This document shows positions 23,301-36,164 of a stretch of 64,000 nucleotides of DNA, piece after piece. The stretch spans positions 1,879-65,878 of the forward strand of contig CAJINV010000035.1 in the NCBI GenBank assembly GCA_905178155.1, written 5' to 3'. How positions within the stretch are numbered: position 1 is the stretch's first letter; each line of letters begins with the position of its first letter. The position numbers and the translations under genes are program-made. The stretch is from Amoebophrya sp. A120. Taxonomy: Eukaryota > Protista > Dinoflagellata. The notes beneath the pieces are model-generated. The model searched no databases, was not told the DNA's origin, and was given only the letters and a program-made list of their open reading frames with translations.

Positions 23301-26298
23301 GGGATCACATCCGTCAACGGCTTATGATTTTTCGTATCATCCGTCAATTCCAAAGCCTCCTCCTCGCACTCCCTGCTGTGCGGCAACGGATCCATTTTGT
23401 ACCAAGCGAGAATCGCGTCCTGTTCCGCTTTGGGCGTGTTGGAGCGGCCTAAATCGTAGAGAAACTGCCCTCGGGGGAGAAATTCATCGTGCTTCCAGTT
23501 TTCGTATGAACTGCAAAAATATCGCGGTCGTATTGAAATGCATTACAAATTTTCTATGCATGAGAAGTAACATTTGTAATGCGGATTGACCTTAAGAAAA
23601 GGATTTGTAATGCATGATTGCAATACGAGTATCAGATACTACTTTTGCACAGGATACCTCGAAGCCGGCGACAACGACGTGACCGACCAGCGTCGACTCG
23701 ATGTCTGCGTCCTCGTAGCGATTTTTACTGGTCGTGTGGTTCTGTGCCCTTGCAGTCTTGGACGAGTTCTTGCCCGGGACGGCGGTCTTTTTGGTGCTGC
23801 TAGTACCTGTGGTTTTGCAAAACGGCACCACGTTCTTTGGGAGCGATAGTACACGAGAACTCGTAGCGTCGTGGGCATTTCGGGAGCCGGGGTCTTCCGG
23901 ATCTGTCTTCATCAGTTTCTCAAAGGATTCTGGCAGTCTTCTCGGGAGCGTCCACGCGGGGAGCCGCTGGTCCCGGGGCTGGAACTTCATCGTTTTGTCC
24001 GTTTCCGCGACGATTGTCCCGACTACTTTGCTATGCTGAGGAAAAATGGCCTTCGAGAGGACCTCAGTTTGTCATGCGCGACAGGCAGAAATACGTGTCT
24101 TGTGGTCGAAGTCGTAGCGCTTGCTACAGAAGAGAACCGTGCTGGTTGTAATTACACTAGATGAGGAACAGCCCTACGCATGGCTTGCCACTAGTGCCGG
24201 CAACCGCAGGGACCAGTTTAGCAAGAAGCCGCCTTTGCGACAGGTTGCGAACGCGACTGCGAGTCACGTATTCTTCTGGCATAATATGCATTACAAACTG
24301 TGTCCGAGAGGAGATTTTTCGCCAAGATATTTGTGCTTCTCGAATCGTTCCCTGATCGCGACGATGCGGGCAAATTTCGTTGTCGATGTACTTGCTTTTA
24401 TTCCGGGTTGTGAAGCTGCGCCATCGTCTGGCACAGTTGCGTTGGCGGACCCAGCTGCAAGATCATTCGCGGCTGAATCTTTTTCCGTCACTTCCGCCAC
24501 ACCATCCGTTGCGTCATCTCCTTTCATCGTCGCTTCTGCGGGGCCTTGCATCGGAGCCGGAGGGGTCGTCGATGATACAGTTCCTGGAGGTGTCGGTGGA
24601 AGCGCTGGTGGATCGGGGACGACAGATGCCTGCTTGCTTGGTGCTACCTGAAGACCTGCCGGATCGCAACTCGACGCAGTTTGTTCCACACGCACTGTCG
24701 AGCAGGTCGCTCCCTCGTCTTTCGACGATGTTGGAGCTGCTGTGGCACCCTGTGCAGGTCCTCGCCGCGTCGCAGGAGGCGACGCAGATGAAATAGGCGG
24801 GAGGGATGGATGCGAAGGTTTCGCTGGCTGCTCTACTGGATTTGCGTGTGCAGGAGCTGTTCCCTCCCCACCACTCCATTTCGGCACGCCGGGAAAAAGC
24901 AGTGTTGGATCCTCTTGCAAACCCGCAAGAACATTTTTCAGCTTCTTCCGGATCTCTAGCTCGACGTTGTTCCAGTCGAACTTACCAGAATACGGTAAAA
25001 TCAGCACTTTGTCGCTGCTATGCACGGCAAAAGCATAAGGATAAGCATCGCATCTTCCCACAAGTCGCAATCTTGCATGACAGATCCGCTTCTCCTTCTT
25101 CGTCATCGTCTCGCTTCTCTCCAATTCGCATGACAAATTCTATTTTCTTTGCTGAAACAACTTGTCATGCTGCAACGTATGCTGGTATCTATGATGCTTT
25201 TATGCACTTGTTTTGCAGAGCATAACTGCTCATCGCCCGGTTCCGGGCCATAAAGCCGGGGATGAGAAATCTCCCGTGCTGCTCCGTTTCCACATAGCAG
25301 GATTCGGTATGAAACGCAGGGATTTTCATGGTGCCGGACAGCAGTATTTCGTGCTTCTCGAGTAGAGCGAGGAGTTCGGGTGGTAAAGCGTTGTCGACCA
25401 AGGTCGTTCTTGTATGATCTGTGCCCGAGGTACTAGTGGTGACATTCTCGCAGCTTTTTGGTATGGCCATCGCTCCGTCGCCGGCCTTAGAGTTGGAAAC
25501 CGAACCTGTCGTGTCGGCAACTTCCGCGGTTTCCTTGCTGCATGCAGGGACTAAATTCCAGTGTGGATCAAAACAGGGACGAGCTGCTGATGCCGCACTT
25601 GCACTGGAGCTATCATCGCGAATCTTCCACTGTGAATTCGTTCCAGAGACCAGGCGCTTGTCTGAGGTATAACGTGGTGATGTTAAAGATGTAGATGAGG
25701 CGGAGCTGGTAGAGGTTTTCATCTTGACGTCATTGGTACCTCTGCCGAGTGGTGAACAACCGCCAGCGCTGTCTACTGCCGCAGTATCCTGCGGCGGTGC
25801 AGGAACTACGCTGTTTGTCGGCGGAGGCGGTGGTACGAACTTACACTTTCTCTTCGCAGCAGCTGGAGTAGCAGCAGCAGCGGCCGCTGTCGATTGCAAA
25901 AATCGAACGTCCATTGCTGTGGCAGCAGAGGCTGCAGTTGAGCCGCTCTTTTTCGTGGTGTTATCCGAAGGTGGTCGCGCCGCCCCCACACGAGGACCAG
26001 CACTGGGATGTTGAACATAATTCCGAGGGCGATTCAGAATCGCTGCGGTCTTCTGCGTCGGGTTCATCTGGGGAGTAGTAGTTGTTTTCCGCGTGACTGC
26101 CTTCGACTTCGGCATCGAAGGCGCAGAAGTTGTTCTTACCGGTGGAGCAGCTGCGCCAGCCGCTGTCTTGCTGGATGGCAGAGTTGTACATGTGGAAGTG
26201 ATCGTCGAGAATGAGCATGAGAACTTTGCCGGTGAACAAAGTGCCGGGCCAGGCCCACCCACAAGCGCGGTCTTTATCCGCTGCAGAAGGAGCCTCAT
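20358..26298 (-). CDS. DIS3L2: RNase II/RNB family 3'-5' exoribonuclease, DIS3L2-like (~1703 aa)
   Basis: Motifs NRAMSSDKV (CSD1), FQPRDQRLP, SIDPTTAKDLDDAIS (catalytic Asp), GIHIADVAHYV, SHRIIEELMVLAN and YLHFTSPIRRYADIIVHRML. No PIN domain seen. Four introners (21631-21783, 23505-23656, 24032-24329, 25019-25224), all in frame with element+5. Subfamily assignment is inference. Confidence 0.88.
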
Positions 26299-26980
26299 TC
26301 TGGTGAAGCAGGAGAGAATTGCGGGTGGTATAATCTACAGATGTCATCCACACATCCACACAACTTTCACTTTCTTCAGTGTTATACCCATTGAGGAGAG
26401 GGTGCAGGGCAAGATAAAATTGTTTTGTCGGCCCAGATTTATTCACGCAACCACGCTTAAAGCTATTTTGGATCTTGTATCAAATCGGATCGTCTCGTCA
26501 AGCGAAAAAACGCAAACGTTCAGATCGACTCTAAGATCGTTCTTCCGCCGGTCTCGTCGCATCTACTTCACAGGTTTCAAGAAACTCAAAAGTTTTATTG
26601 GATCATTGCATCTGGTTTTTTTCACTTCAAAAAAACATTGATCTTCACCGCTCAGCGTTGGGACAGAAAGGGAACCACACAGGAGGAGTTTGGGACAACA
26701 TCTCTAGGGTTACGTCTCCTCCTCACTGCTTCGGAAGTTGATACGACTGTGCTCTAGTACTCGTAGATGTAGAGTTTTCATTTGTCAAAAGGAAGAGCTA
26801 ATCATCTCGATCTACGTCCAGCAGAACCAATCTACAAAAAAGAGAAAGAAACCAAAATTTTGTGGGTACAACTCCTATATTCTCGTGTGAAATGAACGTG
26901 ATAAGTAGTGCAGATGAACAAGCTTTGATGGCACAGGCACTTGATCCTCGTGTACGGAAAACGAGCAAAGAGCCATACTT

Positions 26981-29900
26981 TCAGCAATCCACTAAGCGCA
27001 CATGCGGCCCTGGTTGCGTATCCATATTATCAAAGTGAAAAAAGCCCCCACCCCATATCGGAAACGGGAGACGCGCGAATTTGTGATGCTGTATTTGAGT
27101 ACACAAATCGACTTGTATTGCTAGGAGGCCAAGAGACGGAGCTGCGGCCTAAATTGCAGGTAATCTGTCATGCTGTTTCCCCCTTCCAGTTGCCTCTTGT
27201 CATCCTGGAGTTGCAAGGCTTTCCCACGCTAGACAGCACTACAGTCCGCATCTTTTGCCTTCTAGCATCACAAAGCTGATTTGTGACCCCAAATCTGCAT
27301 CACAGATTTCCGTTTTGATATGGGGAGGGGGCATTTTTCATTGTAATACATATCCTCTGGCATTTCAAACGGCGTTTCCAGCCCCAAGTATCCTGTGCAA
27401 AAGTATCGTGCTCGTATAAATGCATTACAAACTTCCTCAGCATGAGAAACAAAATTTGTATATGCAGATTTGCCTTGGAAACAAGATTTGTAATGCTAAA
27501 CTTGCATTGGTACGAGTGCGATACTTTTCCACAGCCTACCAATTGATACGCCCGGATCTCGCCGCTCGCAACACTAGTACTCAGCGCAAAAATGTCTGGG
27601 TCTGGAAAAATCGGAATCTGTAATGCGCGTTTTCCACTCCTGTAAAATCTGTATTGCGTGACCGACAAAAGCGCGAATTCTTTGTCATGCAAAAACGCAG
27701 TTTCTTATGCGGATTACACATGAGAAGGCGTCCGCAAAATTTGTCATGCTTGGCTGCACTCAGGAGTGTGCTCAGTCATCGCTACTGGGCATCATAGGTT
27801 TCCAGACCCAGACATATTTGCAATGCATAACTAGTCGCCGCCTGCAAAAACGCCTGCACGAAACAGTGCCACGCGAGTAGGTGGTACGAAGTTGCGAGGG
27901 TTGCCTGGGCTAAGTGGCTCGCGATGCAGGACTGCGAAGTTGTTGTCGCTGCTGCTCCTGCTGCTGCGTGGTGAGCAGCTGCTTGTCCGGCTGCGGACGC
28001 AGTCGACGCCGCGGAAGTACCACTATGCAGGACACCACCACCAGCACCAGAGCTGCAGTCAAGCCCGTGCGGAACGATGCTGCTGAGGAATCCGGCGATC
28101 CTTTGTCTTGCATGGTCGCCGCAGCAGGATGCACCGAACAGCCTGTCGCCGACGTGGAACGGTTCTAGCGTGGCGCCGGGATGTGCCCTCGTCGAGGCCA
28201 GAGGCGACTGGCCAAGAGTGAGTTTCCCGAGCGCGCCGCAAAAAAGTTCGGCTCCGATGTGAGCACAGAGCATCGCGAGATTCTCGATACCGCAGGTGCA
28301 CCAAAAACTTGTTTTCGCGGTCTCGTCCATCATCGCGTCTTGATTCTCCCGCGGTACGAGCTCGCAGGGACTGTCTTCCCCGTTGCAGCAGGTCGACGGA
28401 TCATCGGAACACCCCTATGGCGTTCTCAACTGTTACATTCTCAACTGTAATACATATATTTGTGATGCAAGACTGGCGAAAGTGAAAAGAGGAAGATTGC
28501 GCCTGTTGCATTACAAGGTTGGCGGAGATTGAGATGCTGTCTAGCCCTTCCGAAATTTGTCATGCGAAGCAGCTCGATCATCTGCCGGCTTAAGATGCTT
28601 TTGCATGACAAATACATGTAACAGATGTAACAGTTGAGAATGTAACGTTGGAGAACGCCATAACCCCTTCCGCACGTTCTTGCACGGACAGCAGAAAATT
28701 CGCAGGAACAGGCAGCCAATTGTTATCAAAAGTAAAAATGTCTGAGTCTGGAAACTTGTGATGCTGGGTGGCGTCTCATGATGAGGCTACAAATGCTGGC
28801 TCAGCATGACAAGTTTCTGAGCTCCTAGGTGTTGCCTATTCTGCATGACAAACTGCGCTTCTGCATCACAGAAAAACGGAGCTCTTGGGTAACGTGCATG
28901 ACAGATTTAAGAGTCATGCCAGACAAGCATGACAAACATGAATTCTTCCAGAGCCAGACATTTTTACAGTTGATAATTGTATCCTGACTGCAAACGCCCC
29001 CGCCACCGCATAGTCAATCTTGACTGGGATGAATTCTGCAACACAAATCCAGAAGTTTGTTTTAGATGCCACGAATGACAAGTTCGTCGCTGTAGTGTAG
29101 TAGAGCATAGCCATGTAGTTAGCAAGTGCAGCCGCATCTCAAAGCCATCAGCTTATCCTCTTTACAGGATCACAAATGCTGAAACACGACTATAGAATAT
29201 ATGCCCCTCATGAGATTGAGAATGCGCATTTTTACAAATCTTCCACCTGTAAGTTAGGTGCAAATACTTTCGAGTGGGAACATTTATATTGTTGAGGATA
29301 AATTGCTTTCACCGACACATTCCCCTTCACCGCCGCCGCCGGCACCGCCAGACACCGCAGGCACTGCGCGCTCTGTTTTGCGCAGCAATCCGACACTTTG
29401 CAGCAACAGCAGCAGCAGCAACAGAGGTTCGCAACCGTCAAGCCAACACTGGTGGTCGCCGGGTCCTTGCAACAGAACTCAGGCCAGGAACTGCCGCTGG
29501 CCCGGTCGCAGCAGGGGAATCGTTGGAGGTCCCTTTCTGTTAACGTGCCCAGCCGCTGGACGTAGCTCCGACAGGGGCGCTTCCTGTGGGTGACTTGAGC
29601 TGCTTCTCCCGCTGTGCAGCTGCAGCAGCTGTTCGTGCTGGTTGGGGACGACGGAATTCCATCAGCGGCGAGTGAAGTAGATCCTTCTGTACTACGGAGT
29701 GTCCGCATGTCGTAGCTGTCCTGCTGTTCTTGTGCCTCCACATCGCGGCCTTCCTGGTCTTCTCCGGGAAGCTGTGTTGCCAAATACATCTGCGACAGGA
29801 CGTCGCTGAGCGGGCTCCGCTGATTCGGCACGTCGAAGACGAGTACATACGCTATTTCGAGCAGCGTCGTGTCGTGCACGACAAATTCCGTGTGCAATTG

Positions 29901-32900
29901 CGTTCCCCGCGGATCGAGCTTTTTCCCGCCGACGTGGCGGATGCGAAACTGCTCCCCGGTGCCGTACATGTCCTCGGTGTCGTCGTGGTATGCAGTTTGG
30001 ATGAGACGTGTTGCGCAGCAGGAAAACGAATGAAACGCACCTTGTCATGCAAAGCACTTTGTCCTTGTTCCAGTAGACAATCAGAAAATGTTCAATTAAC
30101 AGAATCTACCATACCGCTGTTTGGCATGACAAGAACGTTCCACATTACATTTGGTTCGACAACTATCCCATGAAAAAACTGTTTCACTGTGATGACTTTG
30201 CAAAAACCGCATCATAAGTGTGTTGCACATGACACCGAAAATTTGGCATGCGTGTTTCCCAAGGGAAAACACGCTGGAAAATCCCATGTCTTGCAGGTGT
30301 GGCAAGACAAACAATGTGGCGCTTCGTTTTCTGCATCACAAGTTCACAGTGAAACTGTTTTTTCGTGCGATAACAACGTCCTCAACACTTCCCGGCAATA
30401 AAAGCTTCTTCTGCCCGTCTTGCGCCCACGAGAAGAGTCGGCCCGACCAGTCGGTACTGGCATTGCTAGGATGATGATCCTCTCCTGGCCCACTGCCGAT
30501 GCCATCTGGGTACGGCAGATCTACTATTTGCGTGTGGTAATCCGGTATCCACTGTGGGTTTTGCAAGAATATGCATTCCAAATATGTCTGGGTCTGGAAG
30601 GATGCAACTTGTGATGCTGCTACCTTTGGACTCCACGTAAAATCTGTATTGCATGAACAGCAAAAAGAGGTGCAATTTCTGCTACGCTGAGAGGGCATTT
30701 CTCATGCTATATGAGCATCAGAAAGGCCTGGCATAATCTCTGATGCTAGGGCATGCATCACAGACCTCATGGGTCATGCGAAATCTGCACGACAAACTCC
30801 TGCACTCTCCGAGACCCAGACATATTTGCATTTGATAAAGAAATTCCCTCTCGTATGGCGGGCCAGTGGCACCCCGTAAAGCACTTGATCGACGGATTTG
30901 CCCCATCGCCGTTTTACCGGTGGACGCTGGCGTTGCGGACTTCTAGCGCCCGCCTCCGGGATGATGTTACCAGGCGTCCGCAGACCTTTCCGGGCTCGTT
31001 CCAGCTCGAGATTCGCAATATCCTTCGGCGGCAAGGTTAGTTTGACGACGAAAATTACGTTCCACCGGCCTTTCACGATGTCGCTCCACTCCCCGGTGGG
31101 ACTCTGCTTCGCGGCGGGGACCTGAATGCTCATGTTCTCCGCGGCGCGAACCGGTAATTCCCACTTGCTGTACTGCGCGGCCTTGTGCAGTTGGTTTGCC
31201 AAATAGATCCCATCTCCGTACAGCTGCCCGCCGTTCTTGCCCTTTTTTCCGCGGCCGTTGCCGTCGTTTTTCCTGGTGCCCGGCCGCTGCAGTCCGTTTT
31301 TCAGGATGTTGCGCAATCTGCCGGTGGACCACTTGTTGAATTTGACGCCGCCTGATTTTTTCGAAGCAGCAGCAAAACCACTTTTAGAAGTAGTACTGGT
31401 ACTACTTCTCTCTTTCCCCCTTACTTGAAAGATCGGCGAACTCCGCCCTATGTAAGTGTAGTGTGGCGGCTGCGGGGGCAGCGGCTGCCGTTTCGCATCG
31501 TGATCGTATGTATCAAATGTAAAAATGTCTGGGTCTGGAAGAATACACGATCTGTCATGCAGCTTTTCCATGACCCATGAAGCCTGGAATGCAGGACCTA
31601 GCATGACAGATTCTGCGCGATGATCTCTCTCATGCCTATTCTGCATGAGAAACTCCCTCCCGAGTTGGTCAAGATTGGACGTTTTTGGTAATCATGCAAC
31701 ACAGATTTTTGCATGCTTCAGATTTAGCATGACAAGTCGCATTCTTCCAGACCCAGACATTTTTACATTTGATAGTATGGCGGAATGTGGCGTTCGTGGT
31801 AGTTATCTTCATCTTCGTCTTCCTCGTGGAAAGACAAGCCTGTTCCGTGGAAAAAATAAGCTTCGGATGCGGGGTCCAGTCCGTCGCAATCGATTGCGAG
31901 TTTCCGATATCAAATGCAAAAATGTCCGGGTCTGGAAGATTCTGACACCTGTCATGCACGTTTTGCATGAGCCATGATGTCTGTGATGCATCCCCTAGCA
32001 ATACAGATTTTCTGAGGGCTTTTTGATGCCTATTCTGCATGATAAATGCCTTCTCAGCGTAGCAAAAATTGTATTCCCTTTGGTACTCATGCAATACAGA
32101 TTTTTTTGGAATCCAAATGCAGCATCACAAGTTGCATTCTTCCAGACCCAGACATTTTTACATTTGATATCCGAAGGTAGGGGTTCTGCTGGGCTTTCTC
32201 GTTGTAAGAAAGATCTGCGAATGTGAAGCGCTGGATAGCAGGCGAATTTCTGTCTGCTTCGTCGATGAAATTCGGTCGCGGCGCATTACCAGGTCGGGCG
32301 ACGGTTCGGCCTTTTTGAAAGGGCGCAGCGAGTCTTCTCGTTTTGTCGTCCGAAAAGCCGAGGTGCTGGGTCAAGCTGGTGAAGAAGCTGTTGGGCAGTG
32401 TTCCATCTGCTGCCCTCCTGCTGGAAGAAGAGGATCGGCTGCTGCCCCACCAGCGCGCAGGGGGTGTGTCTTCTTCCTCTTCAGGAGGTACATTTTCTCT
32501 TGGACCAACCAAATCTTGCAACTCCGCGTTGATCTCTGCTGCTTTGGTGTTCACAGCGTGTTGCACAATGTTGTCAGGATCGAAGACATACGGATAATGG
32601 TTCTCATCACCCACCAGCCCCGCCAGCGCGTCCTCCTGATTCTGCGGTCGTCCGTAAATAACCTTCTGGACTTTCTCAATATGGTACTTCTGCAACTCCG
32701 GGCAGTGGGGACACCGGTTGGTCTCGTAGTTTGCAACGTTTTGAAACAGAATTTGAAGTGGGGTCGGACCAGCGGAGGGGATAATGGTGGTGCTCGTGCT
32801 TGCGGCGGTTCGGTTTTCGCGTGGCAGCAGGAGTTCCTGCTGCTCTTCAGCAAGTTGCTGCCTCTGGTTCTGTTGCAGCTGCTGTTGAGACAGCATGTGC

Positions 32901-33413
32901 TGTTGGTGGGGTGCAAGGACAGTCGGGGTTGGCGTCGGGTAGAAGGGGAGATACGCAGGGGGGTGCAAATTTGCACCGCTACCTGGCCCACCACCGGGAG
33001 GGTATGGAGTTCTCAAACGATACATTCTCAACTGTTAGATGAATTTGTCATGCAGAACTACCATCATCATTCACAAGATCAAGCTGCTGCGCATGACAAA
33101 TTTGCGAAGGGCTAAACAGCGCCTAAATCTGCGCGGGATTTGTAATGCATTTTTTGCAGTCTTCCCCCTTTTGCTTTTGCGATTCTTGCATTACAGATTC
33201 ATGTAACAGTTGAGAATGTAACTTTTGAGAACGCCATAGAGGGGGCAAAGTGCTTACATCATCCTCCTGCTGCGGTCCCAGAAAAAAACTCATCTTCGTT
33301 CCTGCCACGAGAAAATTTTCGGCTGGTGCGATTAGTTGTGCAAAAATAAGCACAACTGTTGCAGCAACAAGGAGACCATGAGCACGTGGCGGCGGTAGAA
33401 ACATCATTTTCAT
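26981..33413 (-). CDS. PARP/ADP-ribosyltransferase catalytic domain protein (~1140 aa) with signal-peptide-like N-terminus and Cys-rich C-terminus
   Basis: Spliced model gives EAYFFHGT (His 31847-31849), NILKNGL...YGDGIYLANQLHKAAQYS (~31165-31220) and LHTEFVVHDTTLLEIAYVLVF (Glu 29886-29888). Twelve elements: 33003-33238, 31908-32169, 31511-31774, 30570-30837, 30164-30372, 29989-~30147 (boundary uncertain), 28980-29300, 28724-28975, 28416-28662, 27578-27829, 27389-27538, 27028-27348. Confidence 0.8.
28723..29300. mobile_element. Compound introner: element 28724-28975 inserted one base inside the end of element 28980-29300
   Basis: Inner flanks attgt/attgt, outer flanks aattg/aattg; joint removal of 583 nt restores VKAI-GCLFLR. 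Confidence 0.8.
31511..31774. mobile_element. Introner element, family A
   Basis: About 33-nt TIR tatcaaatgtaaaaatgtctgggtctggaagaat; perfect flanks gtatg/gtatg; close copy at 48803-49079. Confidence 0.92.
31908..32169. mobile_element. Introner element, family A
   Basis: TIR and perfect flanks tccga/tccga; close copy at 52952-53216 (cagcc/cagcc). Confidence 0.9.
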
Positions 33414-34068
33414 TCTTTCAGCAGATTTTCAGTTGTAATACTAGAAACAAAGAGGTAAATAAAAAGGTAGTATTCCACGCCCCACTTCCGCTATGTCGTG
33501 TCCTGTGCGGCGGCGGAAGGAGTGGAGATGCAAAAAGTCAAAAGAATAAAGTTGCAATCGTGATCATGAATCATCGCTCTCTCGTGAAACACAAAGAAAT
33601 GACAAAGCACTCGTTGCTAGAGTTTTGCTGGGTGCAGCCGGAAGTGGTCAAAATAATGGGTCTGCAAGCAGTACTAGTTCTCGCAAGTCCAAGTCAATTC
33701 ATCTGTACGACTTCTTGATCTGGTACTCTTTCAACAAGAGAGAAGAGTGCTGGAGTGTGTCGTCAATGGCAAAAAACCGCCCTCGCAAAAATCACGACGA
33801 AAAAATGGATCGAAAAAGGTCGTCTCTTGCCAGTCGCATTGTACAGGGATGCTCCTCGGAAAAAGGTGGCCAGCACGGAGGTGGCGGTGTACGAGCAACC
33901 CAACGCAAGAGAAAAAGATAGATTTGATGAACTGAGAAAAAAAAATAATTGGATCATCCACAGGCCGGTCGTGTTGAAAAATAAACAGTGATCCGCAAAG
34001 CACGACGGGCGCGTTGGTACAACGAAAGATTTCATTTTCGCAAGCCACTCTGGGATAACTTGCAGATT

Positions 34069-35931
34069 TCAATTTTCCTGTAGGGATAGCCTGATCATAT
34101 GATCCACAATGTCGCCTAGACTGCAGTACTCATCAGTCGCCGGCGGGGGATCATTTGTCATGCTATTTTTATTTTCCCTGAGATCTACTGCCCTGTCGCA
34201 GTCCCGTATTCGCAGGGGTATTGTAATCCTCTCCCCGCCGCGGACTTCCCCCTCTGAAGCGGACGGGCGAGTTGATGGCGACAGTGAGGTCGGGCTGATT
34301 CCACCTTCCGTTTTGTAGTTCCGCGAATGTCCCACCACTCCTCGTGAAGAGACACGCTCACTTTCTGGTGAATCAGCCCTCGCCTCAGTGCTAGTACTTC
34401 TTCGTCCCCAATGTGCTGCAAAAGTCGTCGGCACGAAAGACCAAAGAAACGCGGACGTGGAGGTCGGCACACTGGCTTGCACCTCTTGATATGGTATGGA
34501 AAATCAGAATCGCTGTCAATTTGTCATGCTATACAGAACTCGTAGCTTAAAGCGATTTTGCACACTATGCATGACAAACTGACACCAAAAATCTTGATTT
34601 CATCCACCATACCCGATCGGTGTCGGCGAAAATGAGTTGGTCATTCATCCGATGGTCCCCGCCGAGAACTTCCAGGAAGCGAAACTGTAATGCGGAGTGA
34701 ATATTGGTATCGGCGTTTGTCATGCTGGACTTCGAAGCACCAGTACTAGTTGCTGTGCACAATAGATTCGCGAACAGCTGCCGACTTCCCTCAATGTCGA
34801 TCACCGTGTCTTTATCCATTGCAAATCTGTCTGGGTCTGGAAACTTGTGCTGCTGGGTGGCGTATTATGAGGAGGCCAAAAGTGCTGGCTCAGCATGACA
34901 AGTTACTGAGCTTTTAGGTGCTGCATATTCTACATGGCAGACGGCGTTTCTGCATGACAGAAAAGTGGGGCTCTTCGGTAACATGCATGACAGATTTCAG
35001 AGTCATGCCAGACGAGCATGACAAGCATGAACTCTTCCAGACCCAGACATTCTTGCAGTTGATAGTCTTGATCCCCGTGCAACAACCAGATCCGAGTTTG
35101 TGATGCGGAAAGGCGATGACAAATGTTTTCTGCCGAAATGTTCATAGAGAGGTATCGTTTTTCCACCGTATCCGCGAAGTAATTTTCGAAGTCACCAGGC
35201 AGGAAGGTGTGTAGTAGGCTCGTCATCACCGGGTACGCGTGCTGTAGAGGCTTTAACGCCGGAGCGATTAGGAGAAGCGACTCTGGGGTCGCTTTCGCTA
35301 ATGCGTCGATCTGGTACGGAGAGAATAACTCCGTCCACTGGCGCAGCAGCTCCAACGCAATCAAACCGCCCCAGGAAGAGCCGATGAGGAGGATTTTCAA
35401 GGGTTTTGTGGTAGAAGATGTCCTCCGTGAGGTGGAGATTGTTGCGTTGTTTGCTGTTTCCGGAACGTCATAGCTACTTTCTGCTCTATCCACATAGTAT
35501 CCCACTCTCCCGCCAAGCACTCTGGACCGGGTTTGGTACTCTTTCAGAATCTCCTGCTTCGCCGTTTCCACGCATTTTTCCACCGAAGTTTCGAAGGAAA
35601 AGGAGTTCTGGGACAGCGAGTTGCGCTTCTGGAAAATACCCATCTGCATGTTGATTGGAGTCACGAGGACTTCGGGTGAGGGACGACGTGTTGAGGAGGA
35701 GCTCGTCCTGTGCGACGTCGTTCCACCTCCAGGGCGGGTGTCCTCAGCAGCATCATGCTCGTCTCGAGCTGGATTGGAATCGTTGTTCCATGATGTCGAC
35801 GACGTTTTGTTGTACCTTGCCTGCAGGTACTTGCTCTTGCGCCCGTTGACGCCACCCTCGAGTCCGGGAAGGAAGATGATCCAGGTAAGGGTGGAGCAAG
35901 GTAGTGCGGACGGTGAAGTAGTGGTGGCCAT
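34069..35931 (-). CDS. Alpha/beta-fold hydrolase (esterase/lipase-like)
   Basis: IFLPGL oxyanion region, IGSSWGG nucleophile elbow, LLHGDQD|TVIDIEGSRQL formed across introner 34813-35064 (gtctt/gtctt), GGDHRM His. Second introner at 34490-34611. 3' end uncertain. Confidence 0.82.
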
Positions 35932-36164
35932 GTATACTTCGTGTGTAATTATTTTTTGGCGCTTATAATTGTTATTCTCGTGCGTGTTTTGGAATCCAAC
36001 AGAAACCTAGGTAAAAGGTACTGGAGCAGTCTTCGTCCTGCACATGGATGCGCCCTAGAATGCAGAGGCGAGTAGAGCGCACTACCTCCGTGCCTGGGGT
36101 TTATCTTTTGTGCGGAAACAAAACCGAGAGTCGCGAGCTCGGCAGCAGTACCATGAAAACGATA

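Noticed and set aside
25019-25224. TA as a Tc1/mariner-type target duplication
   Set aside because: Removing the element with one TA creates an in-frame TAG here and a frameshift at 8508-8669. A 5-bp repeat lies outside the TA, and element+5 restores conserved spacing.
30570-32169. CRISPR-like repeat-spacer array (tgtctgggtctggaa repeats)
   Set aside because: Repeats come as inverted pairs with irregular spacing, the intervening sequences are exons, and no cas genes are present.
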